DNA of 32,000 bases from an uncultured Candidatus Saccharimonas sp. (GCA_963528875.1 CAURWT010000001.1:60001-92000); one strand, 5' to 3'; shown: positions 16,177 through 24,674, counted from the first letter of the stretch. Notes: generated from the letters alone by a model not told the origin. Made by a program: numbers and translations.

Positions 16177-17862
16177 TTACATTTTTTCTGGAATTTCAAT
16201 CCCCAACAGATCTAAGCCATTCTCGAAAGTTTTCGAAACTTTTTTAAGAAGAGTTAATCGTGCAGATTTTTCAATTTCTGGAGCATCAGAAACTCGTGTT
16301 TTTTCGTAATATCGGTTCATTTCGCGCGCTAAATCATAAAGATATTTCGAAATTTTATGTGGTTCCAAATCTCGAACCGCCATTTTAATTGTTTCAGGAA
16401 AGGCCAAAAGTTGTAAAATAATATTTTTTTCAGCCTCAAAATCATATTCTTCGAAATCAACAAGCTCAAAATTTTGCTCTTTTCTTAAAATATTATTCAC
16501 ACGAACCGCTGAATATTGAACATATGGTCCAGAAAACCCAGTTAGTGCAAAAATATTTTCCCAGTCAAAAAGAATATTAGTTCGCCTATCTGCTGTAAAA
16601 TCTGAGAATTTAATCGCACCGAGTGCAATTTTTTTCACATCTTCTTCACTCACATCTCGGCCAGCAACAATTTCACGGGCACGCTCTTCAGCTTTATCAA
16701 GTAGCTCTTCCATCAGAACTACGCCTTTTCTTGAAGACATTTTCTCACGAGTCCCATCTTCATTAAGCTGATCAATCACACCGAACCAAAGATGATATAG
16801 ATCAGTTTTAATACCAAGTTTTTTCGCCATTGCAAAAATTTGCGAAAAATAGAACTGTTGTTCTGCTCCAACCGAATAAATAACTCTATCGGGAGCGAAT
16901 TCTTCTTCACGGAATAGAATTGTGGCAAGGTCGTTTGTGGCATAAAGTGCTGCACCATTACTCTTCTGCACTAAAAGTGGCACATCAAAACCATATTCTT
17001 CCAGAGGAACAATTACCGAACCGTCTTCATTTTGAACCGCAACACCGCTTTCAATTAATTTTTGAACTGCCGCTTTTCCTTTTGGCGCAAAAAATGCTTC
17101 ACCATATTCATAATCTGTTGAAATTTTTAATCGCGCCATTACATCATGAATATGTTTGAGGCTAATTTCTTTAAATTTATTCGAATAATTTAAAGCCTCT
17201 TCATCACCATTCTCAAGCTTTAGAAGCCACTCTTCAGCCTTTTTCTCAATTTCACCACCTTCACCCTGCTCTTTCATTGCGGCTTTAGTTTTAATATAAA
17301 CATCACCAAGCTCATAAACTCCACGCTTAGCCAGCCTTTCTTCATTTGAAAACATTTCGAATCCAACAACCCAAATTCCAAAAGGTGTACCATAATCACC
17401 TAAATGATTGTCCGTAACAACTTTCCATCCAGAGAATTCAAGTAATTTTTTGGCCGCCCAACCTTGGTTTCCAGGTCGCAAGTGCCCAACACTGTAAGGC
17501 TTGGCCATATTTGGACTTGGCCCATCAATTAGAGCAAGCTTTCCTTCACCTTCATTATTTGAACCGAATCTATCGCTAAATTCCTGACTCAATATTTTTT
17601 CAAGTTTTTTTGCTGAAACTCGCAAATTCAAAAAACCTGGCCCAGCAATTTCAACATTTTCAAAAATTTCGTTTTTCGAAAGTTCACCTGCTAGCTCTTC
17701 AGCAATTTCGCGTGGATTTTTCGAAAGTTTTCCTGCAAGCTGCATTGCAATATTCGTTGCAAAATCGCCAAACTCTGGCCGTGGCCGCGTTAAAGAAACC
17801 TCGGTTTTAATATTAAATTTTTCTTCAATTAATTGGTTAATTATTTCTGCAACTTTATTCAT
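16177..17862 (-). CDS. argS: Arginine--tRNA ligase
   Basis: Class I motifs are present: PNMAKPYSVGHLRPG (HIGH-type) and MSSRKG (KMSKS-type), with a C-terminal anticodon-binding domain. I place the start at the ATG at 17862 (MNKVAEIINQ). The track's 39-aa N-terminal extension is Phe/Tyr-rich low-complexity sequence that crosses the divergent promoter region and the ATPase start. Confidence 0.92.
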   Translation of the reverse strand: MNKVAEIINQLIEEKFNIKTEVSLTRPRPEFGDFATNIAMQLAGKLSKNPREIAEELAGELSKNEIFENVEIAGPGFLNLRVSAKKLEKILSQEFSDRFGSNNEGEGKLALIDGPSPNMAKPYSVGHLRPGNQGWAAKKLLEFSGWKVVTDNHLGDYGTPFGIWVVGFEMFSNEERLAKRGVYELGDVYIKTKAAMKEQGEGGEIEKKAEEWLLKLENGDEEALNYSNKFKEISLKHIHDVMARLKISTDYEYGEAFFAPKGKAAVQKLIESGVAVQNEDGSVIVPLEEYGFDVPLLVQKSNGAALYATNDLATILFREEEFAPDRVIYSVGAEQQFYFSQIFAMAKKLGIKTDLYHLWFGVIDQLNEDGTREKMSSRKGVVLMEELLDKAEERAREIVAGRDVSEEDVKKIALGAIKFSDFTADRRTNILFDWENIFALTGFSGPYVQYSAVRVNNILRKEQNFELVDFEEYDFEAEKNIILQLLAFPETIKMAVRDLEPHKISKYLYDLAREMNRYYEKTRVSDAPEIEKSARLTLLKKVSKTFENGLDLLGIEIPEKM

Positions 17863-17918
17863 ATAGTATATATTAACACTTTTTATAAAAAAATAAAATA
17901 TGTTATAATAGAACATAT

Positions 17919-20276
17919 ATGGATAACAGTAAAAAACTAAATGGATTAACCGCCGCAGAAGTTCGAAAAAGAATCTCACAAGGCTTGGTGAATGATTTTA
18001 AAATTGATAACAATAACAGTTTTTGGGAAATTGTTAAAAGAAATATTTTCACACTTTTTAACTTTTTAAATTTTGCAATTGCAGTACTTTTAGCATTAGT
18101 TGGCGCTTGGAGTAATTTGATTTTCTTCGTTGTGATTATATTCAATGCAATCTCTGGAATTGCCACAGAAATTCGCGCTAAAAAAATGATTGATAAGCTT
18201 AATCTTTTGAGTAAAGAAAAAATCACTGTGATCCGCTCTTCTCGCGAGCAAAAAATTATGCCAGAAGAAATTGTAATAAACGATATTCTTAAACTTTCTG
18301 CTGGCGAGCAAGTTCCATCTGATGCGGTTGTCTTGAAAGGTGTTTCTGAGGCTAATGAAGCCATGCTCACTGGTGAAAGCGATCTCGTTCTAAAAGAAAA
18401 AGGAGCAGTTTTGCTTTCAGGTAGTTTTTTGGCGAGTGGTTATGTTTTAGCGGAAGTTGTACATGTCGGTGCTGATAATTACGTCTCAAAATTGATGGTT
18501 GAAGCCAAAACGCACAAGCCAATTAATTCAAGAATTCTTAGCTCCCTCGATAAAATTGCAGGATTTACTAGTAAAATTATTATCCCGTTTGGTTTAGCTT
18601 TATTTTTCGAAGCACTCTTAATCAAAGCTCTTCCTGCTAAAACCGCTGTAATTTACACATCAACCCCACTTCTTGGAATGTTGCCAAAAGGAATCGCCCT
18701 TCTCACAATTACCTCTCTTTTAACGGCGGTTATTAAACTTGGACTTCGAAAAGTTCTTGTTCAAGAAATGTATTCTGTTGAAACACTCGCTCGTGTCGAC
18801 ACTCTCTGCCTTGATAAAACCGGTACAATCACTGAAGGAAAAATGAAAGTTGAAGCAATTCATAATCTTTCGAAAAAGTTTTCTGAAGCTGAGATTAATG
18901 ATTTTCTTGCAACTTATATGAATTTTAGCGAAGACAATAACCCAACCGCACAAGCAATTCGCAAATATTTTTCAAAGAATAAAACTACTTTAGAAGCAAC
19001 AAATATAATTCCTTTTTCAAGTGACCGAAAATGGGGCTCAATGGAAATTGAAGGAATTGGAACACTTTTTCTGGGCGCACCTGAAATGATTTTTGGCGAA
19101 ACCCTAAAACAAGCAAACGAAGCGCTTTCTCGTGGCTCACGTGTTTTAGCTTTGGCTTTTTCGAAAGAAAAAATCGATAATAAAAACATCAAAATACCTG
19201 CAAAAATATCAAAGCTTGCTTTAATAGAAATCACCGACCCAATTCGCGAAGGAGCACGCGAGACACTCGAATACCTACGCTCGCAAAAAATTGATCTCAA
19301 AATTATCTCTGGCGATAACCCAATAACAGTTTCAAATATCGCAAGAAAAGCTGGTTTTGATAATTTCGAAAGTTATATTGATTGCTCGAAAGTAAAAGAT
19401 TCCGAGCTCAAAAAAATCGCTGTAAAAACTGCAATTTTTGGTCGAGTCTCACCGCACCAAAAAAAGTTAATCGTCCAAACTCTTAAAAAAGCTGGGCGTA
19501 CAACTGCAATGACTGGTGATGGCGTGAATGATATTTTAGCCCTACGCGAGGCAGATTGCTCAATTGTAATGGCTGAGGGCGATCCCGCAACAAGACAAAT
19601 CGCAAACCTCGTCTTACTCAATTCCGATTTTAATGATCTACCAGAAATTCTTTTTGAAGGGCGCCGAGTCGTAAATAATATTGCTCGAATTGCACCAATT
19701 TTCTTGATTAAAACAATCTATTCGTTCATTTTGGCGATTATTTGTATTTTAAGCGCTTTACTATTTGATAAAAATCTTCTCTTAATTTTCCCGTTCATTC
19801 CAATTCAAGTTACATTGATTGACCAGTTTGTTGAAGGCTTCCCACCTTTTGTTCTCACTTTCGAAAAAAATATTCAACCTGTTGAAAAAGATTTTATTAA
19901 AAAATCACTCCTAATGGCCTTACCTAGTGCGTTAATGGTGGTATTCTCGGTTATTTTCGTACGAATTTGGGGCTCGCTTAACGGCTGGATTCCTCAAGAA
20001 GTTTCGACAGTCTCGTATTATTTACTTGGTTCGATCGGAATGCTCTCAGTAATTCGCGCTTGCCTACCACTTAATTTCTGGAGAATCCTTCTTATTATTT
20101 GGTCAATCAGTGCGTTTATAGTAACCGCGATTCTCTTTAGGCCACTGATTGAAATCGGTGTGCTTTCAGGGCGCGCTTTCGAACTTTACGCAATACTAAT
20201 GATAATTTTTGCCGTAATTTTTATTATAATTGAATGGTTGAAAAAACATTCGAAAAGTGATACAATTAAAGCATAA
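17919..20276 (+). CDS. Cation-translocating P-type ATPase (P2-like, HAD-IC family)
   Basis: 785 aa with TGES (MLTGESD), the phosphorylation site DKTGTITEG and the hinge MTGDGVNDILALREAD, plus about 10 TM segments. The TM4 motif reads LPKGI instead of PEGL. Confidence 0.9.
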   Translation: MDNSKKLNGLTAAEVRKRISQGLVNDFKIDNNNSFWEIVKRNIFTLFNFLNFAIAVLLALVGAWSNLIFFVVIIFNAISGIATEIRAKKMIDKLNLLSKEKITVIRSSREQKIMPEEIVINDILKLSAGEQVPSDAVVLKGVSEANEAMLTGESDLVLKEKGAVLLSGSFLASGYVLAEVVHVGADNYVSKLMVEAKTHKPINSRILSSLDKIAGFTSKIIIPFGLALFFEALLIKALPAKTAVIYTSTPLLGMLPKGIALLTITSLLTAVIKLGLRKVLVQEMYSVETLARVDTLCLDKTGTITEGKMKVEAIHNLSKKFSEAEINDFLATYMNFSEDNNPTAQAIRKYFSKNKTTLEATNIIPFSSDRKWGSMEIEGIGTLFLGAPEMIFGETLKQANEALSRGSRVLALAFSKEKIDNKNIKIPAKISKLALIEITDPIREGARETLEYLRSQKIDLKIISGDNPITVSNIARKAGFDNFESYIDCSKVKDSELKKIAVKTAIFGRVSPHQKKLIVQTLKKAGRTTAMTGDGVNDILALREADCSIVMAEGDPATRQIANLVLLNSDFNDLPEILFEGRRVVNNIARIAPIFLIKTIYSFILAIICILSALLFDKNLLLIFPFIPIQVTLIDQFVEGFPPFVLTFEKNIQPVEKDFIKKSLLMALPSALMVVFSVIFVRIWGSLNGWIPQEVSTVSYYLLGSIGMLSVIRACLPLNFWRILLIIWSISAFIVTAILFRPLIEIGVLSGRAFELYAILMIIFAVIFIIIEWLKKHSKSDTIKA

Positions 20277-20301
20277 ACTGAATAAAAGGAGTATCTGAAA
20301 A

Positions 20302-20655
20302 ATGACAATAGACCAACAGTTTGTTGAATATATCGTTAAGAATTTAGTTGAAAATCCAGAAGATGTAAAAGTTGAACGTACAATTGACGAAAAAGGTGTT
20401 TTATTGACTTTGATCGTGAATAAAGAAGACTTGGGCCGAATTATTGGTCGCCGTGGAGCAACTGCACAAAGCCTTCGTGCGCTTCTTCGAGCTCTAGCAC
20501 TAAAAAATAACGCTCATTATAATCTAAAAATTAGCGATAGTGAAGAAAAAACTGAAGCTGTGGAAAATTCAACAGATGCACCTGTGGAAAACACAAACAC
20601 TTTCGCAGAACAAACTCGAAAAGAGCTTGCAGAATTAGACGATATTGCGTTATAA
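20302..20655 (+). CDS. khpA: KH-domain RNA-binding protein (KhpA/YlqC, UPF0109 family) with an acidic C-terminal tail
   Basis: VKNLVENPEDVKVE... and the GxxG loop IIGRRGATAQSLRALL are present. It lies upstream of trmD, as in the conserved rpsP-khpA-rimM-trmD cluster. Confidence 0.8.
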   Translation: MTIDQQFVEYIVKNLVENPEDVKVERTIDEKGVLLTLIVNKEDLGRIIGRRGATAQSLRALLRALALKNNAHYNLKISDSEEKTEAVENSTDAPVENTNTFAEQTRKELAELDDIAL

Positions 20656-20662
20656 TATAAGT

Positions 20663-20708
20663 AGTTCAGTTCGAAATCTATTGTGGAGTTTTAGATTTCG
20701 AAAGAACT
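20663..20708 (+). repeat. Strong hairpin built from an 11-bp perfect inverted repeat that carries two TTCGAA copies
   Basis: TTCGAAATCTA (20670..20680) pairs with TAGATTTCGAA (20692..20702) around an 11-nt loop. An outer AGTTC/GAACT helix extends the stem. An A-rich tract follows, not a T-rich one. Confidence 0.6.
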
Positions 20709-20780
20709 GCGGAAAAACAAAAAAGTCAAAGCTCTATGTGAGAAAACTAAGGAAAGTTTGAGAGCTTATACTTGTTAAAA

Positions 20781-20815
20781 ATCTAGCCATAATATCTTGG
20801 CTGGATTTTTAGTTT
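20781..20815 (+). terminator. Rho-independent terminator downstream of khpA
   Basis: ATCTAGCC-ataatatctt-GGCTGGAT (one G-U pair) followed by TTTTTAGTTT. Confidence 0.55.
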
Positions 20816-20822
20816 GTCTATT

Positions 20823-20851
20823 TTGCAAAAAAATCTAAAAAATGGTAAAAT
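20823..20851 (+). promoter_or_regulatory. trmD promoter
   Basis: TTGCAA (20823..20828), a 17-nt spacer, then TGgTAAAAT (-10 at 20846..20851). Only 8 nt separate the -10 box from the ATG. Confidence 0.5.
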
Positions 20852-20859
20852 AAATTAAT

Positions 20860-21501
20860 ATGAAAATTCAAGTGATCACTCTCTTCCCTGAAATGTTCGA
20901 ACCAGTTTTAAATAATGCAATGATGTGGAAGGCACAAAATCAAAACGTAGTTTCTTTCGAAATTATTAATTTACGTGATTTTGGTGTTGGAATACGCAAG
21001 CAAGTTGACGACATTCCCTATGGTGGAGGAGATGGAATGCTCTTAAAACCAGAGCCTCTTTTCGAAGCAGTTGAGTTTGCAAAAAAAAATTCACCGAATG
21101 CAAAAATTATTGCAATGACTCCAAGTGAGAATATCTGGGATCAAGAAAAAGCCCAAGAAAAAGCTAATTCTGGCGAAGATTTAATTATTTTATGCGGACG
21201 ATATGAAGGATTTGATTCACGAATTTTCGAAATTGTTGACGAAAAAATAAGTATTGGTAAATTTATTTTAACTGGTGGCGAAATTCCCGCAATGGCAATA
21301 ATCGATAGCATAGTCCGCCTAATTCCCGGCGTACTTGGTGGCGAAAAATCAGCTGAAATTGAAAGTTATTCAGATGGTGATAATCTGGAATTTCCACAAT
21401 TTACAAGACCAGCAGATTTCCGCGGAATGAAAGTTCCAGAAGTTTTGTTGAGCGGACATCACGCTAAAATCGAAGAATGGCGAAAAAAATATTCAAAATA
21501 G
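20860..21501 (+). CDS. trmD: tRNA (guanine37-N1)-methyltransferase
   Basis: 213 aa with MKIQVITLFPEMFEP, the SPOUT knot region LTGGEIPAMAIIDSIVRLIPGVLG and LLSGHHAKIEEWR. Confidence 0.93.
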   Translation: MKIQVITLFPEMFEPVLNNAMMWKAQNQNVVSFEIINLRDFGVGIRKQVDDIPYGGGDGMLLKPEPLFEAVEFAKKNSPNAKIIAMTPSENIWDQEKAQEKANSGEDLIILCGRYEGFDSRIFEIVDEKISIGKFILTGGEIPAMAIIDSIVRLIPGVLGGEKSAEIESYSDGDNLEFPQFTRPADFRGMKVPEVLLSGHHAKIEEWRKKYSK

Positions 21502-21511
21502 ATTTTTTTGC

Positions 21512-21540
21512 TTGATTTTTCGAAATATATGCGTTATAAT
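21512..21540 (+). promoter_or_regulatory. tRNA-Pro promoter
   Basis: TTGATT, a 17-nt spacer containing TTTCGAAA, then TATAAT (21535..21540). Confidence 0.5.
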
Positions 21541-21563
21541 AGTTGTATATTTCGAGTTAATCT

Positions 21564-21640
21564 CGGGGTGTGGCGCAGTTGGCTAGCGCGCGCGGTTTGG
21601 GACCGTGAGGTCGAAGGTTCGAGTCCTTTCACCCCGACCA
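21564..21640 (+). tRNA. tRNA-Pro (anticodon UGG), CCA encoded
   Basis: Hand-folded cloverleaf: acceptor CGGGGTG/CACCCCG, anticodon stem CGCGG/CCGTG, loop TTTGGGA (anticodon TGG, G37), T-arm GAAGG-TTCGAGT-CCTTT, then ACCA. 77 nt. Confidence 0.9.
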
Positions 21641-21656
21641 ATACAAGATTGTTGCA

Positions 21657-21687
21657 GACATAACTTTGACGAGTTGTGTCTTTTTTA
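21657..21687 (+). terminator. Terminator after tRNA-Pro
   Basis: GACATAAC-tttgacga-GTTGTGTC followed by TTTTTT. Confidence 0.6.
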
Positions 21688-21700
21688 TTATAAAATAATA

Positions 21701-21729
21701 TTGACTTTCTAAAAAACTTATGCTATAAT
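21701..21729 (+). promoter_or_regulatory. arcC promoter
   Basis: TTGACT (21701..21706), a 17-nt spacer, then TGcTATAAT (-10 at 21724..21729). The leader is about 40 nt and carries an AAGGA SD. Confidence 0.55.
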
Positions 21730-21770
21730 TTATCTATATTATTAAATTAAAAACAAAAAGGAAAAAATAA

Positions 21771-22706
21771 ATGTCAAAAATCGTTGTTGCACTTGGTGGC
21801 AATGCTTTACAAAAAAATGGTGAATTGACCGCACAGATTCAAGAAGAAGTTGCAAAAGAAACAGTTCAAAAGCTTACACCTCTCATTAAAGATGGCCACG
21901 AGTTAGTGATTGTTCACGGAAATGGCCCACAAGTTGGAAATCTAGTCCTTCATGAAGAAGCCGGAAATTCACCTTCAACACCTGCAATGCCCCTTCATGT
22001 TAGCGTGGGAATGACGCAGGGAATGATTGGTTATTGGATCCAGAAAGCCTTAAAAGAAGAACTTTCGAAAAATGGAATTTCGAAAAATGCTACAACCATT
22101 ATTACTCAAGTTGAAGTTTCGAAAGACGACCAAGCTTTTAAAAACCCAACAAAGCCAATTGGTCCATTCTATTCCGAAGAAGAAGCTCAAAAGGTTGCAG
22201 CCGAAAAAGGCTATGTTGTTAAAGAAGATTCTGGGCGCGGATGGCGGCGAGTTGTTCCTTCACCAAAACCAATCCATATTCTTGAAAGTGATGCGATTAT
22301 TGACTTTATGAAAACTGGTGCAATTGTTATAGCGGCCGGTGGCGGTGGAATTCCAGTAGTTTCAAATGGAAAAAATTCTTTCGAAGGAGTTGATGCCGTG
22401 ATCGATAAAGACTTCGCCGCAGAGCTTTTAGCTGAAAAAATTAACGCCGACACACTGTTAATTTTAACCGGTGTTGATAACGCGATGATTAATTATAGAA
22501 AAGAAGATCAACAAGCTTTGGGTGTAATTTCACCAGAAGAAGCAGAGAAATATATTAGCGAAGACCAATTTGGCGCAGGTTCAATGTTGCCAAAGGTCCA
22601 AGCTTCACTAAAATTCGCAAAAACTGGAGGAAAAGCAGTTATTACGAGCCTCGAAAATGCTCAGGACGCAATTTCGAAAAATCTTGGAACAGTGATTACA
22701 CAATAA
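21771..22706 (+). CDS. arcC: Carbamate kinase
   Basis: 311 aa with MSKIVVALGGNAL, VIVHGNGPQVG and AAGGGGIPVV, typical of the amino-acid kinase family and carbamate kinases. Confidence 0.9.
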   Translation: MSKIVVALGGNALQKNGELTAQIQEEVAKETVQKLTPLIKDGHELVIVHGNGPQVGNLVLHEEAGNSPSTPAMPLHVSVGMTQGMIGYWIQKALKEELSKNGISKNATTIITQVEVSKDDQAFKNPTKPIGPFYSEEEAQKVAAEKGYVVKEDSGRGWRRVVPSPKPIHILESDAIIDFMKTGAIVIAAGGGGIPVVSNGKNSFEGVDAVIDKDFAAELLAEKINADTLLILTGVDNAMINYRKEDQQALGVISPEEAEKYISEDQFGAGSMLPKVQASLKFAKTGGKAVITSLENAQDAISKNLGTVITQ

Positions 22707-22713
22707 AACCTAA

Positions 22714-22748
22714 AATTAGCCTTTCGAAAGATCGGCTAATTTTATTTG
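22714..22748 (+). terminator. Terminator after arcC
   Basis: AATTAGCC-TTTCGAAAGATC-GGCTAATT followed by TTATTTG. The loop carries TTTCGAAA. Confidence 0.6.
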
Positions 22749-22761
22749 ATTAATATAAATA

Positions 22762-22796
22762 AAGATAAGCGCTCCCTTATTTGAAACGCTTATCTT
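22762..22796 (-). terminator. Hairpin / likely terminator after pyk
   Basis: AAGATAAGCG ... CGCTTATCTT forms a 10-bp stem 15 nt downstream of the pyk stop, with T-rich flanks on both strands. Confidence 0.45.
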
Positions 22797-22811
22797 ATTT
22801 ATTTTATAAAA

Positions 22812-24242
22812 TTAGATTGTTCGAACGCGAATTGTATCGGTTCCACCAACCAATCCAGGTTGACGGCCAGAAACAATAACAACTGTTGCTTTCTCTTTAT
22901 TACCGAATGTTCCATTAGCTTTTAGTTCTTTTGCGAGTTCAAGACCAGCAAATTCGCCATCTGGGCGAATGAAGCTTCGGGTTGCATAATTCAAACCAAG
23001 TTGTTGAGCAACACGATTTGAGCTTGTTACAGCATAAATTGGAAGCGCTGGGCGGTTTGCAGCAGCAGTTGCAGCAGTTTGTCCAGATTTAGTTTCAACA
23101 ATTAAAGCATCTGCGTTAATTTGTTCAGCAAGTTCAACCGCAGCAAGAGAAATTGCATTTAAAGCTTCATCTTCGCCGCGCTCAACAATATCATCAATTG
23201 GTGAAACTGCTGCGTGTTCTTGAGTATACATGATAACATCACGCATCGCTTTTACAGTTTCTTCTGGGTATTTACCAGTTGCAGACTCATCTGAAAGCAT
23301 TACAACATCAGCACCTTGAATTACAGCGTTAGCAACGTCAGAAACTTCTGCACGAGAAGGTTGTGGATTATCAACCATTGAACCCATTGTTTGAGTTGCA
23401 ACAATTGAAATTTTTCCATGTTTTCGACAAAGAGCAACAGCTTTTCGTTGGATAATTGGCACAACTTCTGGAGCAACTTCATAAGCCATGTCACCACGAG
23501 CGATCATTACACCATCAGCAGCAAGAACGATTTTTTCAAGTTCTTCATCAGAAACAGCTTTTTTAGTTTCAATTTTCGCAATAACTTGTGCTTCACTATT
23601 ATGACTTACAAGAAGCTGACGAACATTTTCAATATCTTCAGCAGTTTGCACAAAGCTCATCGCTACGTAATCGATATCTTGAGTTGCACCAAATTCAAGA
23701 TCCCGCATGTCTTTTTCAGTAATAACGTCACCGCCAAAGTCTGTATCTGGCAAGTTTAGGCCTTTTCGGCTCATCAAAGTTCCTTTATTCAAAACTCGCA
23801 ATTTAATTGCAGTATTTGAAGGCACTTCAATAACTTCTGTTCGAACTTTTCCGTCAAAAATATAAACAGGCTCACCAACTTTAACCTTTTCGGCCAAGTT
23901 GTATTGAACTGGCAAATTAGCCGAGCCATCATGCTGCTGAATTGCGTAGTCAAGAACCAATTCATCACCTTCATTAACTTCAAAACGATTATCTACAATA
24001 TCTCCAAGACGAATCTTTGGACCTTGCAAATCTTGCAAAATTGCAATTTCACGACCTAGCTTTTTGCTAATTTCGCGAACTGCTTTAATTTTTGCAGCGT
24101 GTTCTTCATATGAGCCATGAGAGAAGTTCAATCGAGCTCCGTTAATTCCTGCGTTAATAAGTTTTTCGATCATTTCAGGGCTGTCGCTTGCTGGGCCGAT
24201 CGTAGCCAAAATTTTTGTTCGTTTGTAAACATTATTTTCCAT
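22812..24242 (-). CDS. pyk: Pyruvate kinase
   Basis: 476 aa with TKILATIGPAS, RLNFSHGS and MIARGDM. Full-length alignment-type resemblance to bacterial Pyk. Confidence 0.95.
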   Translation of the reverse strand: MENNVYKRTKILATIGPASDSPEMIEKLINAGINGARLNFSHGSYEEHAAKIKAVREISKKLGREIAILQDLQGPKIRLGDIVDNRFEVNEGDELVLDYAIQQHDGSANLPVQYNLAEKVKVGEPVYIFDGKVRTEVIEVPSNTAIKLRVLNKGTLMSRKGLNLPDTDFGGDVITEKDMRDLEFGATQDIDYVAMSFVQTAEDIENVRQLLVSHNSEAQVIAKIETKKAVSDEELEKIVLAADGVMIARGDMAYEVAPEVVPIIQRKAVALCRKHGKISIVATQTMGSMVDNPQPSRAEVSDVANAVIQGADVVMLSDESATGKYPEETVKAMRDVIMYTQEHAAVSPIDDIVERGEDEALNAISLAAVELAEQINADALIVETKSGQTAATAAANRPALPIYAVTSSNRVAQQLGLNYATRSFIRPDGEFAGLELAKELKANGTFGNKEKATVVIVSGRQPGLVGGTDTIRVRTI

Positions 24243-24283
24243 ACTTATATATTATACCACTTTTATTTTTATTAAAAAAGGGG

Positions 24284-24312
24284 TTGCATTATTTTTTAAA
24301 GTTTGCTATAAT
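24284..24312 (+). promoter_or_regulatory. tRNA-Glu promoter
   Basis: TTGCAT (24284..24289), a 17-nt spacer, then TGcTATAAT (-10 at 24307..24312). Confidence 0.5.
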
Positions 24313-24354
24313 TAAAACGAGTTGCTGCTTTATCACCCCAAAGCTCAACTCAAT

Positions 24355-24429
24355 GGTCTTATCGTCTAACGGTTAGGACACCAGGTTTTCATCCTGGCAA
24401 TCCGGGTTCGATTCCCGGTAAGATCACCA
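24355..24429 (+). tRNA. tRNA-Glu (anticodon UUC), CCA encoded
   Basis: Hand-folded: acceptor GGTCTTA/TAAGATC, anticodon stem CCAGG/CCTGG, loop TTTTCAT (anticodon TTC), T-arm CCGGG-TTCGATT-CCCGG, then ACCA. 75 nt. Confidence 0.9.
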
Positions 24430-24443
24430 AAAAGAAATTATTT

Positions 24444-24480
24444 AAAATCACTTTTTGAAAGATTAGTGATTTTTTAGTTT
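24444..24480 (+). terminator. Terminator after tRNA-Glu
   Basis: AAAATCACT-ttttgaaagatt-AGTGATTTT followed by TTAGTTT. Confidence 0.55.
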
Positions 24481-24552
24481 ACCTTAATATTTATTAAAAA
24501 ATCTAAATGAAAAGATATATCTTGTAAAAATAAATTTGTGTCAATACATTAT

Positions 24553-24603
24553 TAAAAATAAAAAGCCAAGATAAAGCGTTTAAAATAAACATTTTATCTT
24601 GGC
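24553..24603 (-). terminator. Terminator after tRNA-Gln
   Basis: On the minus strand, GCCAAGATAAA ... TTTATCTTGGC forms an 11-bp stem whose 5' arm starts in the tRNA GCCA end. It is followed by TTTTTATTTTT. Confidence 0.5.
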
Positions 24604-24674
24604 TGGGATGGAGGGATTCGAACCCCCGAATGCCAGGACCAAAACCTGGTGCCTTACCGCTTGGCGACATCCCA
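24600..24674 (-). tRNA. tRNA-Gln (anticodon UUG), CCA encoded
   Basis: The reverse complement folds with acceptor TGGGATG/CATCCCA, anticodon stem CCAGG/CCTGG, loop TTTTGGT (anticodon TTG), T-arm GGGGG-TTCGAAT-CCCTC, then GCCA. It closely resembles E. coli tRNA-Gln. 75 nt. Confidence 0.9.

Noticed and set aside
17863-17979. 39-codon N-terminal extension of the argS ORF (MRFFFELLRRLIHLVFYCYPYMFYYNIFYFF...)
   Set aside because: It is Phe/Tyr-rich translation of AT-rich promoter DNA, and it overlaps the divergent ATPase start and both -10 boxes. The ATG at 17862 gives a normal ArgRS N-terminus.
17903-19621. Minus-strand ORFs of 155, 71, 77, 128 and 82 aa inside the P-type ATPase gene
   Set aside because: All are antisense shadows of a gene with unambiguous P-type ATPase motifs, and none has a recognisable domain.
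24617-24622. TTCGAA copy inside tRNA-Gln
   Set aside because: It is the universal T-arm GGTTCGAATCC sequence, so it is structural and not evidence for the iterated palindrome.
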